Positions 1 to 10,238 are shown, counted from the stretch's first letter. The stretch: 32,000 nt of DNA from Candidatus Saccharimonadota bacterium (GCA_963706795.1 OY970170.1:1140001-1172000), one strand, 5' to 3'. Notes: generated from the sequence alone by a model not told the origin. A program made the numbers and translations.

Positions 1-356
1 TGTGATCCATAGAGATCAAAAAGTCTTGAAGTTGGATGATTTTTGACTGAGAGAGTGAGTTTTTGACTGAGATTTACAGGCACAAAAGGCTCGACTCGCA
101 TGTCATTCCAAACCCTGTGAGGATTGTGATTGATCGCAATAGTCTCACGAAAAGGGAAATGTACCGTGACATCAATAATCGGAGGAATACCCGAATCAAT
201 ACTGAGGTCATTTAAAAAACCAGCGGGTTCAATCGGTGGAAGTTCTTCGTCTAGCGTTTCCTCGTGCTCATCGTGGCCGTGTGCGTCATGCTCATTGTGG
301 CCAGAGTGCTCATCGTGGGCGTCGTGACTTGCGTGATCGGAGTGATCGTGTGACAT
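1..356 (-). CDS. Hypothetical protein with a His/Asp-rich N-terminus; the 3' part runs off the left edge
   Basis: ATG is the complement of 354-356 and the frame stays open to position 1. The N-terminus is MSHDHSDHASHDAHDEHSGHNEHDAHGHDEHEE, followed by non-repetitive sequence (…IDVTVHFPFRETIAINHNPHRVWNDMRVEPF…). It is absent from the ORF track, probably because it is truncated by the edge. Confidence 0.5.
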   Translation of the reverse strand, partial: MSHDHSDHASHDAHDEHSGHNEHDAHGHDEHEETLDEELPPIEPAGFLNDLSIDSGIPPIIDVTVHFPFRETIAINHNPHRVWNDMRVEPFVPVNLSQKLTLSVKNHPTSRLFDLYGS

Positions 357-383
357 CTCGCTTGCGCTTCGGGGGTGACTTTT

Positions 384-401
384 TATACTGTGCACAGTAT
401 A
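384..401. promoter_or_regulatory. 18-bp perfect palindrome TATACTGTGCACAGTATA in a divergent intergenic region (candidate operator)
   Basis: The sequence is perfectly self-complementary over 18 bp. It lies between the minus-strand His-rich gene (start 356) and the plus-strand DUF2130 gene (start 429). It overlaps TATA-rich -10-like sequence. Confidence 0.35.
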
Positions 402-428
402 TATACGCCGTTCACTTTTCGAAATTCA

Positions 429-1616
429 ATGCAGAAAAATACTTTTACGTGTCCACACTGTGGCGGAGCGATTGATCTCGGTCAGATCGAAGAGCATCAA
501 ATTGCGGAGCGGCTCAAGGAGCGCGAGGCACAACTCGAAAAAGATATCAGCCTCAGAGCTAAAAACTATTACGAAAAACAAGCGACCGATGAGCGTAAAA
601 AAATGGAAGAAGATCAAAAAAAATCTGCCATTGAACTCGAAATGCTCAAAAAACGCGACGAAGAAGCTCGTAAACGCGAGCTCGATTTTATGCGCGAGAA
701 AGCCCTTCTCGAAAGCAAACAAAAGGATCTCGAGCTCGAAAAAGAACGCGCCATCATCGAGGCTCGAAAGGTCATGGAAGCTGAAATGGCTGAGCGAATC
801 AAAAAAGAACAGGCTCTTCAATTTGAGCGCATCGAGCTCGATTTTGCTAAAAAGCTCCAAGAAAAAGACAAACAAATCGAGCAGGTCCAGCGCTCTCTCG
901 AGGAGGTTAATCGCAAGGCGAGCCAAGGTTCTATGCAGATCCAGGGTGATATCCAAGAAGATGCTCTGAGAGCAATTCTCATACGTGAATTTCCGTCAGA
1001 TATTGTTGATGACGTCCCAACAGGAATTAAATGAGCGGACCTTATCCAGAGTGTACGCACGCAGTTTGGTCACCATGTCGGAGTAATCGCATGGGAATCC
1101 AAAAATACCAAGGCATGGAGTGATAGTTGGGTCGACAAGCTCAAAGAAGATCGTCTCCGCGTCAATGCTGGAGTATCAGTGATTGTCTCAAGTGTATTAC
1201 CCGAATGAGTCAATCACTTTGGTCTCTACCGTGATATTTGGGTCACAGAATGGCACTATGTTCTTCCACTGACTATTGCACTTCGTGAACAGATGATCAG
1301 CATGGATCATTTGCGTAATTCTCTCGCTGGCAAAGACGAAAAAATGGAGGTTCTCTATGCGTATCTCACATCTACCGAGTTTCGCGACAAGATTCAAAAT
1401 ATTGTAGAGGCATTTACATCTATGAAGGACCAACTCGACCAAGAAAAGCGCGCCATGGAGCGCATCTGGGCCAATCGCGAAAAACAACTCGATCGCGTCA
1501 TCAGTAATACTGCACGTCTCTACGGTGACATGCAAGGCCTCATCGGAGCCAAACTCCAAGGTGTCGGGTACTTTGAGCTCGGAGCTTGAGAAGATATTTC
1601 AGAAGAAGAAAAGTAA
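429..1616 (+). CDS. DUF2130-family protein (N-terminal CxxC, long Lys/Glu coiled coil, C-terminal globular domain)
   Basis: This joins track ORFs 375..1034 and 1293..1589, which are in the same frame, across TGAs at 1032, 1206 and 1587. The true stop is TAA 1614-1616. It starts MQKNTFTCPHCGG. The C-terminal block GIK[G]ADLIQSV…IAWESKNTKAWSDSWVDKLKEDR…EKRAMERIWANREKQ matches my memory of DUF2130. Confidence 0.8.
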
Positions 1617-1621
1617 CAAAC

Positions 1622-1654
1622 AAAAACTCACCAATCCTGGATTGGTGAGTTTTT
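1622..1654. terminator. Bidirectional rho-independent terminator
   Basis: A 15-bp stem pairs AAAAACTCACCAATC with GATTGGTGAGTTTTT around a CTG loop, with A/T runs on both sides. It sits between the convergent stops at 1616 and 1657. Confidence 0.7.
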
Positions 1655-1656
1655 GT

Positions 1657-1998
1657 TTACGAGAGCGAGAAAGTAAGTTTTATTTTCTCTTCAATTTGTT
1701 TCTGAGTTTGTATGTCGTCTATATTTCCTATATATCCAGCTATTCTTGTCTCATCTATAACTCGAATTTGATGAAAAAGGATTTTAGACGCGGAATCAAG
1801 TCCGTAGTTTTTCCAGCTGCTTAAAATGAGACCCGTAGGTACATCAGTAAGGTTTGGAGTTAATGGAGCAACAATGTATAAACCAATATACTTACTAATA
1901 AAATCATTTTGGACTATAACACACGGACGAAGGCCTTGCTGTTCATGTCCCTTTACTGGGTCTAGATTCACCAGAATAATCTCAAAACGATTATGCAT
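1657..1998 (-). CDS. mazF: MazF/PemK-family type II toxin (mRNA interferase)
   Basis: The 113-aa ORF begins MHNRFEIILVNLDPVKGHEQQGLRPCVIVQND…, a typical PemK/MazF N-terminus. Its start overlaps the upstream small gene by 8 nt (ATGCATAA). The stop is TAA. Confidence 0.8.
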   Translation of the reverse strand: MHNRFEIILVNLDPVKGHEQQGLRPCVIVQNDFISKYIGLYIVAPLTPNLTDVPTGLILSSWKNYGLDSASKILFHQIRVIDETRIAGYIGNIDDIQTQKQIEEKIKLTFSLS

Positions 1999-2257
1999 GC
2001 TCTTTTTGAATAAATTTTAGAGCATCACTGATCGTAGATTCTGCAAGAAATGACTCTTCGCTGGCTAAGTCTTTATCTACCTTCATGGCTTGACTGTAGG
2101 ATTTAAAACCATTTTCGATCTCGTTCAATTCTGCTTGTTTAATCCAAGAATTCAGACTTTCTTCAATAATTTGGGTCTGAGAAATACCCTTTTTCTTTGA
2201 AAAGGAACGAAGAGATCATACAAGGAAATCTTCAAGCTTAAAACTCAAGGCAACCAT
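1991..2257 (-). CDS. Putative antitoxin, possibly ribbon-helix-helix (RHH)-like, partner of MazF
   Basis: This is an 88-aa ORF with one in-frame TGA, so it is missing from the ORF track: MVALSFKLEDFLV[G]SLRSFSKKKGISQTQIIEESLNSW… Size, position and the 8-nt overlap with the toxin start fit a type II TA pair. Confidence 0.6.
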
Positions 2258-2276
2258 ACAGAATATATTATCAAAT

Positions 2277-2753
2277 TTATTCCCCATACATATTCCAACT
2301 CAAACTTCGCTCGCCGGTGGGACCAATAATCTTTTGGGTGATCACACGGATATTGCTCCCTGATGAGCTCACTGCAGTTGAGAAAAATGCCTGATAGATT
2401 GATTTTCCACCTCCAGTTTGTGTATCCGTTCCTGTACCAGAATATGTTTGAAGCGTGATCCCCGTAAATGTCAGTCACGTATCATAGCTACCAGTTGCGC
2501 ACGAGAGATTATTCGATCCAAAATTGATCGCAACAGGTGTAGCTACCACGATTGATTTGATATATCAAAATGGCAATGAACCAATACATGATCGCACACT
2601 GAGTTCGATTTCCTCGGCTTCTTTATCAGATTTAGTACGGTCTCATTGTCGCGTTGCTGACGAGAGCAAAAGGAAGGCTCAGACTATGACAATTGAGACA
2701 ATAGTGGCTGCGACGAGTACTTCAATAAGAGTGAAACCAGAGCGATTTTGCAT
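2277..2753 (-). CDS. Type IV pilin-like / pseudopilin protein (prepilin N-terminal cleavage-methylation motif)
   Basis: This is a 158-aa ORF with 4 in-frame TGAs, so it is invisible in the standard-code track. The N-terminus MQNRSG|[18 protein letters not shown][G]AFLLL has the classic G/F…E5 class III signal. The stop is TAA 2277-2279. Confidence 0.75.
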
Positions 2754-2830
2754 GCAAATATCATAGCTTCAGACACTTCTTTGCCAAGCGATTCTTGAAA
2801 AACTCTCTTTTTCCGATACTCTGCCCACCT

Positions 2831-4285
2831 ATGCTCCACCTCTACAACACACTCACGCGAACGAAAGAACCGTTCAAACCCCTTCGTCAAGAAAACACTA
2901 AGGTATATTTTTGTGGCCCGACGCCCTACAATTACGCCCATATCGGAAATCTCCGATGTTATCTTTTTGAGGACTTTGTGATCAGATCGCTCCGATTCCT
3001 TGGTTATCGAGTCGAGACAACGATGAATGTCACTGATATCGATGATAAAACTATCCGCGATAGTATTGAGGCCTGAGAATCACTCAAAGAATTCACAGAA
3101 AAATACACGAAATTTTTCCTCGATGATCTAGAATCACTTTTTATAGTACCAGCTGATCACATAGCACCGATTTCGGGATTGATTGACGAGATGGTTTTGA
3201 TTATTAATGGACTGCTTAAAAAGGGTTATGCCTATATCGCCGAGGATGGAAGTATCTATTATTCGATCAAAAAATTCAAGCACTACGGTGAACTTGCGGG
3301 ACTGGATATGAAGGGTATGAAGACCAGTGTACGTATTAATAACGACGAATACGACAAAGAATCTGCAGCCGATTTTGCTCTTTGGAAGGCCTATGATGCA
3401 GCATCTGATGGTGACAACGTCTGGGAAGGAACATTTGTAGTCGACGGCGTAGAAAAAACTCTAAAGGGTCGTCCAGGCTGGCATATTGAGTGTTCTGCAT
3501 GTAATCTCAAATATTTTGGACCGCAGATCGATATTCATATGGGGGGCGTCGACAATATTTTCCCTCACCACCAAAACGAGATTGCTCAGACAGAAGCCTA
3601 TACTGGCAAACCTTTTGCAAAATGCTGGATGCATTCGGGGCATCTCCTCGTTGAAAACAAAAAGATGTCGAAGTCTGCAAAAAACTTCTACACATTCCGC
3701 GATATTATTGAGAAATATCCAAATGTTCCAAAGGCAAAAGTAGCCCGTGGATTCCGACTTATGGCACTCGCGACTCGATATCGAGAGAGTTTTAATTTTC
3801 TCTTTGATCGCCTCGAGGCTTCTATCAAAACAATTGAAGGGTTTGATGCTCTCTTGCTCCGTCTCAAGCGCGAAAAGACAGAAACTGGCCGAGTTCGTAG
3901 AGATTTCCGTGAATTCGTACAGAATGCGATGGCTGATTTCATAGAGTTTATCGAAGACGACATCAATACTCCAGAAGCCCTTGCGAGCGTCCATACATTC
4001 ATTACGCATCTTAATGCGGTCATGGATGAGGAAACTCTCCGTGAAGGTGAAATGGCGGCAGTTATTGATCTCCTTAAGAGCTTTGATAGTGTGCTCGGCA
4101 TCTTTGATTTCACGCTTCTTGATACTGCTGAATATCCGCCAGAAGCACTCGAGCTCCTCGCTCAGCGTGATGAGGCAAAAAAAGCTAAGGACTTCACAGC
4201 AGCAGATACAGCGCGTAATGCTATCGAAAAACTCGGCTATAGAGTTGTTGATACCAAAGAGTGATCTGTACTCGAAAAGATCTAA
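2831..4285 (+). CDS. cysS: Cysteinyl-tRNA synthetase
   Basis: This joins 2795..3076 and 3179..4264, which share a frame, across TGA 3074. TGA 4262 is also read through, giving …DTKE[G]SVLEKI and stop TAA 4283-4285. It has HIGH-type HIGN, KMSKS and GWHIECS motifs. The start [15 protein letters not shown] at 2831 is preferred; ATG 2795 is an in-frame alternative. Confidence 0.93.
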
Positions 4286-4317
4286 AAAAATCATCCCTGT
4301 TCAGGGATGATTTTTTT
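4284..4317. terminator. Bidirectional rho-independent terminator
   Basis: A 9-bp stem pairs ATCATCCCT with AGGGATGAT around a GTTC loop, flanked by an A6 run and a T7 run. It lies between convergent cysS and the LemA-like gene. Confidence 0.75.
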
Positions 4318-4834
4318 AGGCTCGATGTTCGATGAGTATTTTTTTGGATCCAGGAAGCAGTGCTCCGATGAGTGTTGCATTCCTTGCGCGGAGGATGCTG
4401 TTATAGAGTCGTGCAATTCGCGAATGCTCGATGAGAAGTTCTTTGATCTGCCCCTCGCTACGTGTTATGGACTCGCGGATGGTGATAAAATTACCGTCCT
4501 TGGCCATTCCTCTAATATTGAGCGCAAAACGCATGAGGAATGCAAATCGCCTCGAGATATTTGCGTTCATTTCGAGGATGTCATAAATGCGTTCACTCGA
4601 TGAAACAATTGCACGCCTGTGGAGATCGGTGAGCTCAGCATATGAGTCATCAGTGCGAGTATGTTTACGAACTACTTCGATAATTGCTGGTATTTTATCG
4701 ATCTTTTCACGATATCGGCCAATAATCTGATGCTCAACGCGGCGCAGGCCTTTATTTACAAAGTATGCAAAAATCCAAGCTACGCCTGCAATAACAACGA
4801 GTGCTCAAAAAATGAGAATGGTGGTTTCTTTCAT
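4316..4834 (-). CDS. LemA-like membrane-anchored protein (weak call)
   Basis: This is a 172-aa ORF extending track ORF 4316..4570 upstream through one TGA. It has an N-terminal TM helix (MKETTILIF[G]ALVVIAGVAWIFAYF). The C-terminal …ARLYNSILRARNATLIGALLPG resembles the LemA C-terminal motif. Confidence 0.5.
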
Positions 4835-4894
4835 ATGAATTTTTAGGATCGAGAGCTTCTTGATCTTTTTCTGCTCTAGATATACTGCTGTCTA

Positions 4895-6310
4895 GTGAAA
4901 CGATACATGATTTTCTTCGCTCTTGCAAAGATTCCAGTGGATTTTGCGATTGTTTTGTGCGCATTTTTTTTGGCGCGCAATATTCGCAGGGCGACGGACC
5001 TCATTCCTGGGATCAAACTTCCGGTTCAAACAATCAGCGATACTTCACTCCTCAAGTTTGCGATTGCTGGCGGAATATTGTTTTTTCTGGTTCAGGCATT
5101 CCGCAAAATGTATCGCATGAATAACGATGATAGTGTAGCCGAAGCAGTGGGCAAACTCTTTGTCTCGGCACTTTCTTGGTTTTTGTTTTATATAGCACTG
5201 GTCTATCTTGGTAATGGCTATCTCTATACGACAGAGATTCCTCGTTTGATCATATTTTTTGCTTTCTGGCTGATATTTTTGTTTACCGGAGGATCAAGAC
5301 TCGTTTTTGCGTCTCTTCAACGGATTTTTCATATCTATTCGCTGCTTCCAAAAACTCGGATTTTTTTGCATGGAAAAACCAACGATGACTTACTTGTGCA
5401 CTATAAAAAGGATCCAAGAAATGCGGTAGAGACTGGGGATAAAACACTTCTTCTAGAGCTTATTCGTTCGCGTCAGATTGACGAAGTAATACTGCTCGAA
5501 GTGGATCAAGACCAGGTTTTTTTAGATGAAGTACTCCGTCTGACTCGTATTTATGGTGTAAAACTCAAGCTTGCACAGATTAGCAATCACGCACTTCTCG
5601 AGCATACAACTGTCCGATTCGTCCAGGATATTCCGCTCGTAGAGATCGATTTTGTCGGACTCACACCATGGGGGAGAGTACTGAAACGAGCCTTTGATCT
5701 GATGTGATCAAGTATTTTACTCATATTGCTGTCTCCGATATTTTTGATCGTTGCGATCCTTATTCGGATTGAGGATTTTGCAGGACCTGCGATCTATCTC
5801 AATAGGCGAATTGGTAAAAATGGCCATCCCTTCGATCTCTATAAATTCCGTTATATTTATTGGAAATACTGTGTCAAAGATGCTTATGGTGTAGCGCCAA
5901 AACACGATGATGCTCTCAAATTTGAAGAATCCCTCAAAAAGGATCACGATGGACGTAGTGGTCCACTCTACAAAATCCAAAATGATCCACGCAAGACACG
6001 CGTTGGTAAATTCATCGAAAAATACTCGATAGACGAGCTCCCTCAGCTTTGGAATGTATTTATTGGCAATATGAGTCTCGTTGGTCCCCGCCCGCATCAA
6101 CCACGAGAGGTCGAACATTATGACGAATGGCACCGACAAGTACTCACCCTCAAGCCAGGGATTACCGGTATGGCTCAGACGCATGGTCGCCACAAAAATT
6201 CTTTTGATCAGGAAGTCTCGCTCGATACGTACTATATCGAGCATTGGAGTCTCTTTCTCGATCTCAAGATCCTGATGAAAACAGTCATCGTTGTTTTATT
6301 TAGAGAATAG
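4895..6310 (+). CDS. Polyprenyl-phosphate glycosyl-1-phosphate transferase (WbaP/bacterial sugar transferase family)
   Basis: This joins 4895..5707 and 5726..6310 across TGA 5705. It has N-terminal TM helices. The C-terminal domain carries …KRAFDLM[G]SSILLILLSPIFL…DLYKFR…DELPQLWNVFIGNMSLVGPRP…KPGITGMAQ. The start is GTG at 4895 (ATG 4907 is an alternative). The stop is TAG. Confidence 0.85.
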
Positions 6311-6316
6311 TTCACA

Positions 6317-6490
6317 ATGGAATTCGCACCAACTGGTGGGCGAACAAAGCCCGTAACTAAGTCACAAATCCGCAAACTTCAGGCCGCCTTTGCTCAGGGC
6401 GATGAACTCGCGCGAGCTAATCGCGAACGCGAAGAACAAGAAAAATGATCCACTGAGTGAGAGATCGACGATCTGCTCACTGGAGTATAG
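6317..6490 (+). CDS. Small hypothetical protein (57 aa)
   Basis: The ORF runs from ATG to TAG with two in-frame TGAs: MEFAPTGGRTKPVTKSQIRKLQAAFAQGDELARANREREEQEK[G]STE[G]EIDDLLTGV. It fills the gap between the sugar transferase and the helicase. I recognise no motif. Confidence 0.3.
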
Positions 6491-6511
6491 TTTTCCAATC
6501 AACCATAAGTC

Positions 6512-9499
6512 ATGCACGAAGCATATAAAAAAGCCTACGACCATCTCAATGCCAAGCAAAAAGAGGCGGTCGATACGATCTATGGTTCTGTCATGGTGGT
6601 TGCCGGACCTGGTACAGGGAAGACTCAGGTTCTCTCAGCGCGTGCATGTCGCATCCTCGAACTCACTGATGCTCGGCCGGATAATATTTTGATCACGACC
6701 TTTACCGAAGCCGGTGTTATCGCACTCAAAAAACGCCTCTCTGATTTTTTAGGAGCTGAGAGCTATCGTATTAAAGTTACAACCCTTCATGCCTTTGCAA
6801 AGGATGTCATTGATCGTTTTCCTGAGGCTTTTTTGCAGTATCGTGCCTTTAGTGCTATCGATGAGCTTGATTCGTATTCGCTCTTTGAAGAAGTTCTCGC
6901 CGAAGGCAATTTCCCTGAGCTCAGACCTGTATATGAGCCGAGTTATTGGATACGTGATATTTCCAGTCGCATCAAAAAGCTCAGAGATGAAGCGATCACT
7001 CCAGAGATATTTATCGACCATATCGAACTCCTCCAAGAAGCCTACGCAGATGAGCTTTCGGAGATCAAACCAGAGCTCAAAAAATATGCTCAGACCGAAG
7101 AAAAACAAGCTCGGCATATCGCTAAGCTCCGAGAGCTCGCCGGTATCTACGAAGCCTACGAAGCCAAGAAAAAATCCCGAGGACTCTATGACTTCGCTGA
7201 TATGATTTTGCATGCTTCGAGAGAACTTGTAAATAATACGCTTCTCGCGACTGAGCTTGCTGAGCAGTACCAATTTATTATGGTTGATGAGTTCCAGGAC
7301 CTCAGCTCAGCACAAAACAATCTCCTCGAGGCAATTCTCGCCGTGCAGGACGCACCAAATATTATGACGGTGGGTGATGATGATCAGAGTATCTATCGTT
7401 TTCAGGGCGCGAATCTTGAGAATATGTTTCATTTCTCATCCAAATTCGCAGATACCAAAATCATCGTACTCGAAGAAAATTATCGCTCTGTAGAGCCTGT
7501 ACTCGCGCATGCACGTACTACGATTGATCTCAATGCTTCGCGCATCGTCAAGCTCATTCCCTCGCTTCAAAAGCCTCTGATTTCCCGCGTTGAACATCCA
7601 AGAGCCCGAGCGGAATACATCTCATATCCAACCGTAGTAGAGGAACAAATGGCGATTTTGGATCACATTAAATCGCTTGCCTCACTCGGAGTTCCTTTTG
7701 ATGAGATGGCGATTTTAGTTCGCACGAATCGCGAAGTCGGTGCATGGAGCAATCTCCTCGCAAAGGCAAATATTCCCTACGAAAGCCGCGAAAAATGAAA
7801 TCTCCTCGAAACCGAAGAAATGGCACTTTTCGAGCATATCCTCAGTGTTTCTGAGCTCGCAGTAATACCAGATAGATCCCTCATATTCTTGCTGAGGAGT
7901 GGCATATTTGATATCGATAAGGCTGATCTTTATCGCCTTATTCGTCAGCTTTCGGACCTCAATTTTAGCCGCAAGCAAAAATTCTCGCTTTTTGATCTAC
8001 TGATCCGTGAGGATATTCGTGATACGATTTTTGCAGATCGCGCAAAAGCATGGGCGGATATTGCGGACACTCTCATTGTACTGAGAGAAAAAGGTGATCT
8101 CATTCTCGCAACGCGCATCCAATCAATTATTGAGACATTTAAATTGACGGAATTTATTCGCAGTAGGGCGGGCGTAACGGGGCTTCGTAATTTTTATTCG
8201 ATCCTGTCATTTATTAAGGACAAAATTGCCCAACGATCGATCAGTGATCTTGCCGACCTCTTTGTCATTTGGGAACGCATGCGATCGTATGGGATTTCAC
8301 TCTCGGGTGATGCATTTCTTGCTGGTGGACTTGCAGGGGTTAAAATCTATACAGCACATCAATCCAAGGGGCTTGAGTTCGAGGCAGTATTTGTTCCATG
8401 AGTACTTGATGGCGTGTGGGGTGGACGTCGCAATATTGATAAACTCAGATTGCCTGAGACGATTACATATCGCACCGACACTACAAAATTCGACGAAATC
8501 GAAGAAGAACGTCGACTCTTCTTTGTGGCGATTACTCGTGCGAAGTACGAGCTCATAGTCTCGTTTTCGGAGAGTGAAAATGGACGAGCAAAAATCCCAT
8601 CGCAATTTGTGACCGAATGCGGCAATATTCCAACTCGTAAAGAGAGTGCTTCTATTCAGGATCTCGAAAAGATGCTCCTCTTGAGCACAACTCAGGCGAC
8701 TGTCTCATATGTGCCTGGACTTTCGGATAGTGAGATCGGATTTATTAAAGAAAAGCTCCAATCCTATCGACTTTCTGCGAGCGATCTGAGCAAATTTTTG
8801 ACTGACCCTATGCTCTTTTTGGAGGAATCTATTTTTCGTTATCCATTCGAAGACACATCGCGCACAATTTTTGGAAAGGTCTACCACAAGGCACTCGAAG
8901 AATTCTTCCTTACTTGGAAAAAAGAAGGTCGCAAACCGACGAAAGAGTCACTTGTTACGCTCTTTACTCGACTCATGGCCCGTGAAGTTTTGCCACCTGA
9001 ATACCTTGATGAAGAAATGCGACGTTGAACCGAATGACTTGCTGGTTGGTATGATGCACAACCATCTGATGCCAAGCTCCCACTCGAACTTGAGTACAGT
9101 TTTTCGGCACGAAATATCCATTTTGCAGGCATTCCCCTCACTGGAAAGATCGACCGAATAGATGAGATCGAAGAATGACTCCTACGTGTCACGGACTACA
9201 AAACTGGTCGAATACGCAGTGAGAATGAGATGAAGTGACTCACAGAATCTGGTGATAACAAGTATTTCCGACAGCTTCTTTTTTATAAGCTCCTGATTGA
9301 TTCTGATCCAAAACTCAGTGCCAAGTATGAAGTTCGTGATCTTGTCATCGATTTTGTCGAATGAAAAAATGGCATCTATCGAGCCACTTCCATGACATTT
9401 ACCGAGGAAGACGAAGAGAATCTCAAAAAAGAGATCCAAACTGTCTGGGGACAGATCATGGATATCGAGTTCTGGAAGGCAAAATTTGCAGCTAAATAG
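6512..9499 (+). CDS. UvrD/PcrA-type superfamily 1 helicase fused to a C-terminal PD-(D/E)XK (RecB/AddA-like) nuclease domain
   Basis: This 995-aa protein joins 6512..7798, 7820..8401, 8414..9028 and the tail to TAG 9497-9499 across 7 in-frame TGAs (7796, 8399, 9026, 9035, 9176, 9236, 9362). It has Walker A AGPGTGKT, DEFQD and VGDDDQSIYRFQGA motifs. The nuclease-like tail reads GKIDRIDEIEE[G]LLRVTDYKTG…YFRQLLFYKLL. Confidence 0.9.
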
Positions 9500-10238
9500 C
9501 AGATTTTGCTTTAGCCAAAATTACAGCTTTGGATTTCTGTGCAGCTTCACGAGAAGCTATGAGCATTGCCTGATCTCGCGTGAGTCAGGCATTTTTTGTG
9601 AGCTGCTCAAATTCGCGGTGCACCTCCTGCATTTCTTCAGTATCTTTCGCAAAGCGATTCGTCCAAAGTGCATCAATAAGCGTGAGTATTTTTTCACTCT
9701 CAGCTGATGGATTCTCTTTGACGAGAGATCGCCATGCATTGAGTTCAATTTTCCAATTATTCTCTGCAGTAAACCCGAGTGAGATCAGTCCATCAAGATC
9801 TTTTGCTGATGGGATCTCGAGAATATCAAGTGTTTGAATGAGCTCGGGCCAATAGAGTCCATTGAGTGCTTTCATTCTCTCGATTCTTCATTGCTTTTGT
9901 GCGAATGTTTTTCAGGCCTTTAAGAGTAATTCTGCGTTCAAAGATAATTTCCAGCCTTTGTCTGAATCTTCTGATGCAAGATCGCGGGCATAACGTTTTA
10001 CTTTACCAGCAAATGTGAGTACATTAATATTTTCCTCAGCCTCATTTTTTGCTCACTCAAGAAGCTCTGCAACGATATCTTGCGGTTCCTCAGCTTCTTC
10101 TACAATGGCAAGTGCCTCCGCTCTTGTTGTTTGGGCAAGAGTTGGAATTTGAGAATGAGCTGACTTTGGATGATCTCAAGGGTTGATTACTACAGCAATC
10201 GCCAGTACCCCTGCAGACAAGGAGGATTTGATATTCAT
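9492..10238 (-). CDS. Hypothetical secreted protein (248 aa)
   Basis: This extends track ORF 9585..9875 in both directions through 5 in-frame TGAs. It has a signal-peptide-like N-terminus (MNIKSSLSAGVLAIAVVINP). The stop is TAG (complement of 9492-9494) and overlaps the helicase 3' end by 8 nt. Confidence 0.55.

Noticed and set aside
384-401. The palindrome contains TACTGT…ACAGTA, which resembles a LexA SOS box.
   Set aside because: The gammaproteobacterial SOS box is CTGT-N8-ACAG, whereas here the halves are separated by only 2 nt (CTGT-GC-ACAG). No lexA or SOS gene context is visible. It is kept as a generic operator candidate only.
2795-4264. cysS, and likewise the helicase, recJ, pilB, pilC, pilT, lgt and the sugar transferase, appear split into two to four ORFs, suggesting a window full of pseudogenes.
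   Set aside because: All breaks are TGA only, and the fragments stay in the same frame. The TGAs align with conserved Gly positions and no TAA or TAG interrupts the joined genes. UGA=Gly recoding explains everything. Only tyrS has a genuine frame change.
3461-4294. Long antisense ORFs lie opposite real genes: 426..956, 3461..4294, 5717..6244, 6749..7273, 19361..19969, 20860..21180, 30316..30897, 30701..31087 and 31601..31822.
   Set aside because: Each lies entirely within a well-supported gene on the other strand. They have no recognisable motifs and a skewed composition (Phe/Leu/Ser/Arg-rich), so they are shadow ORFs.
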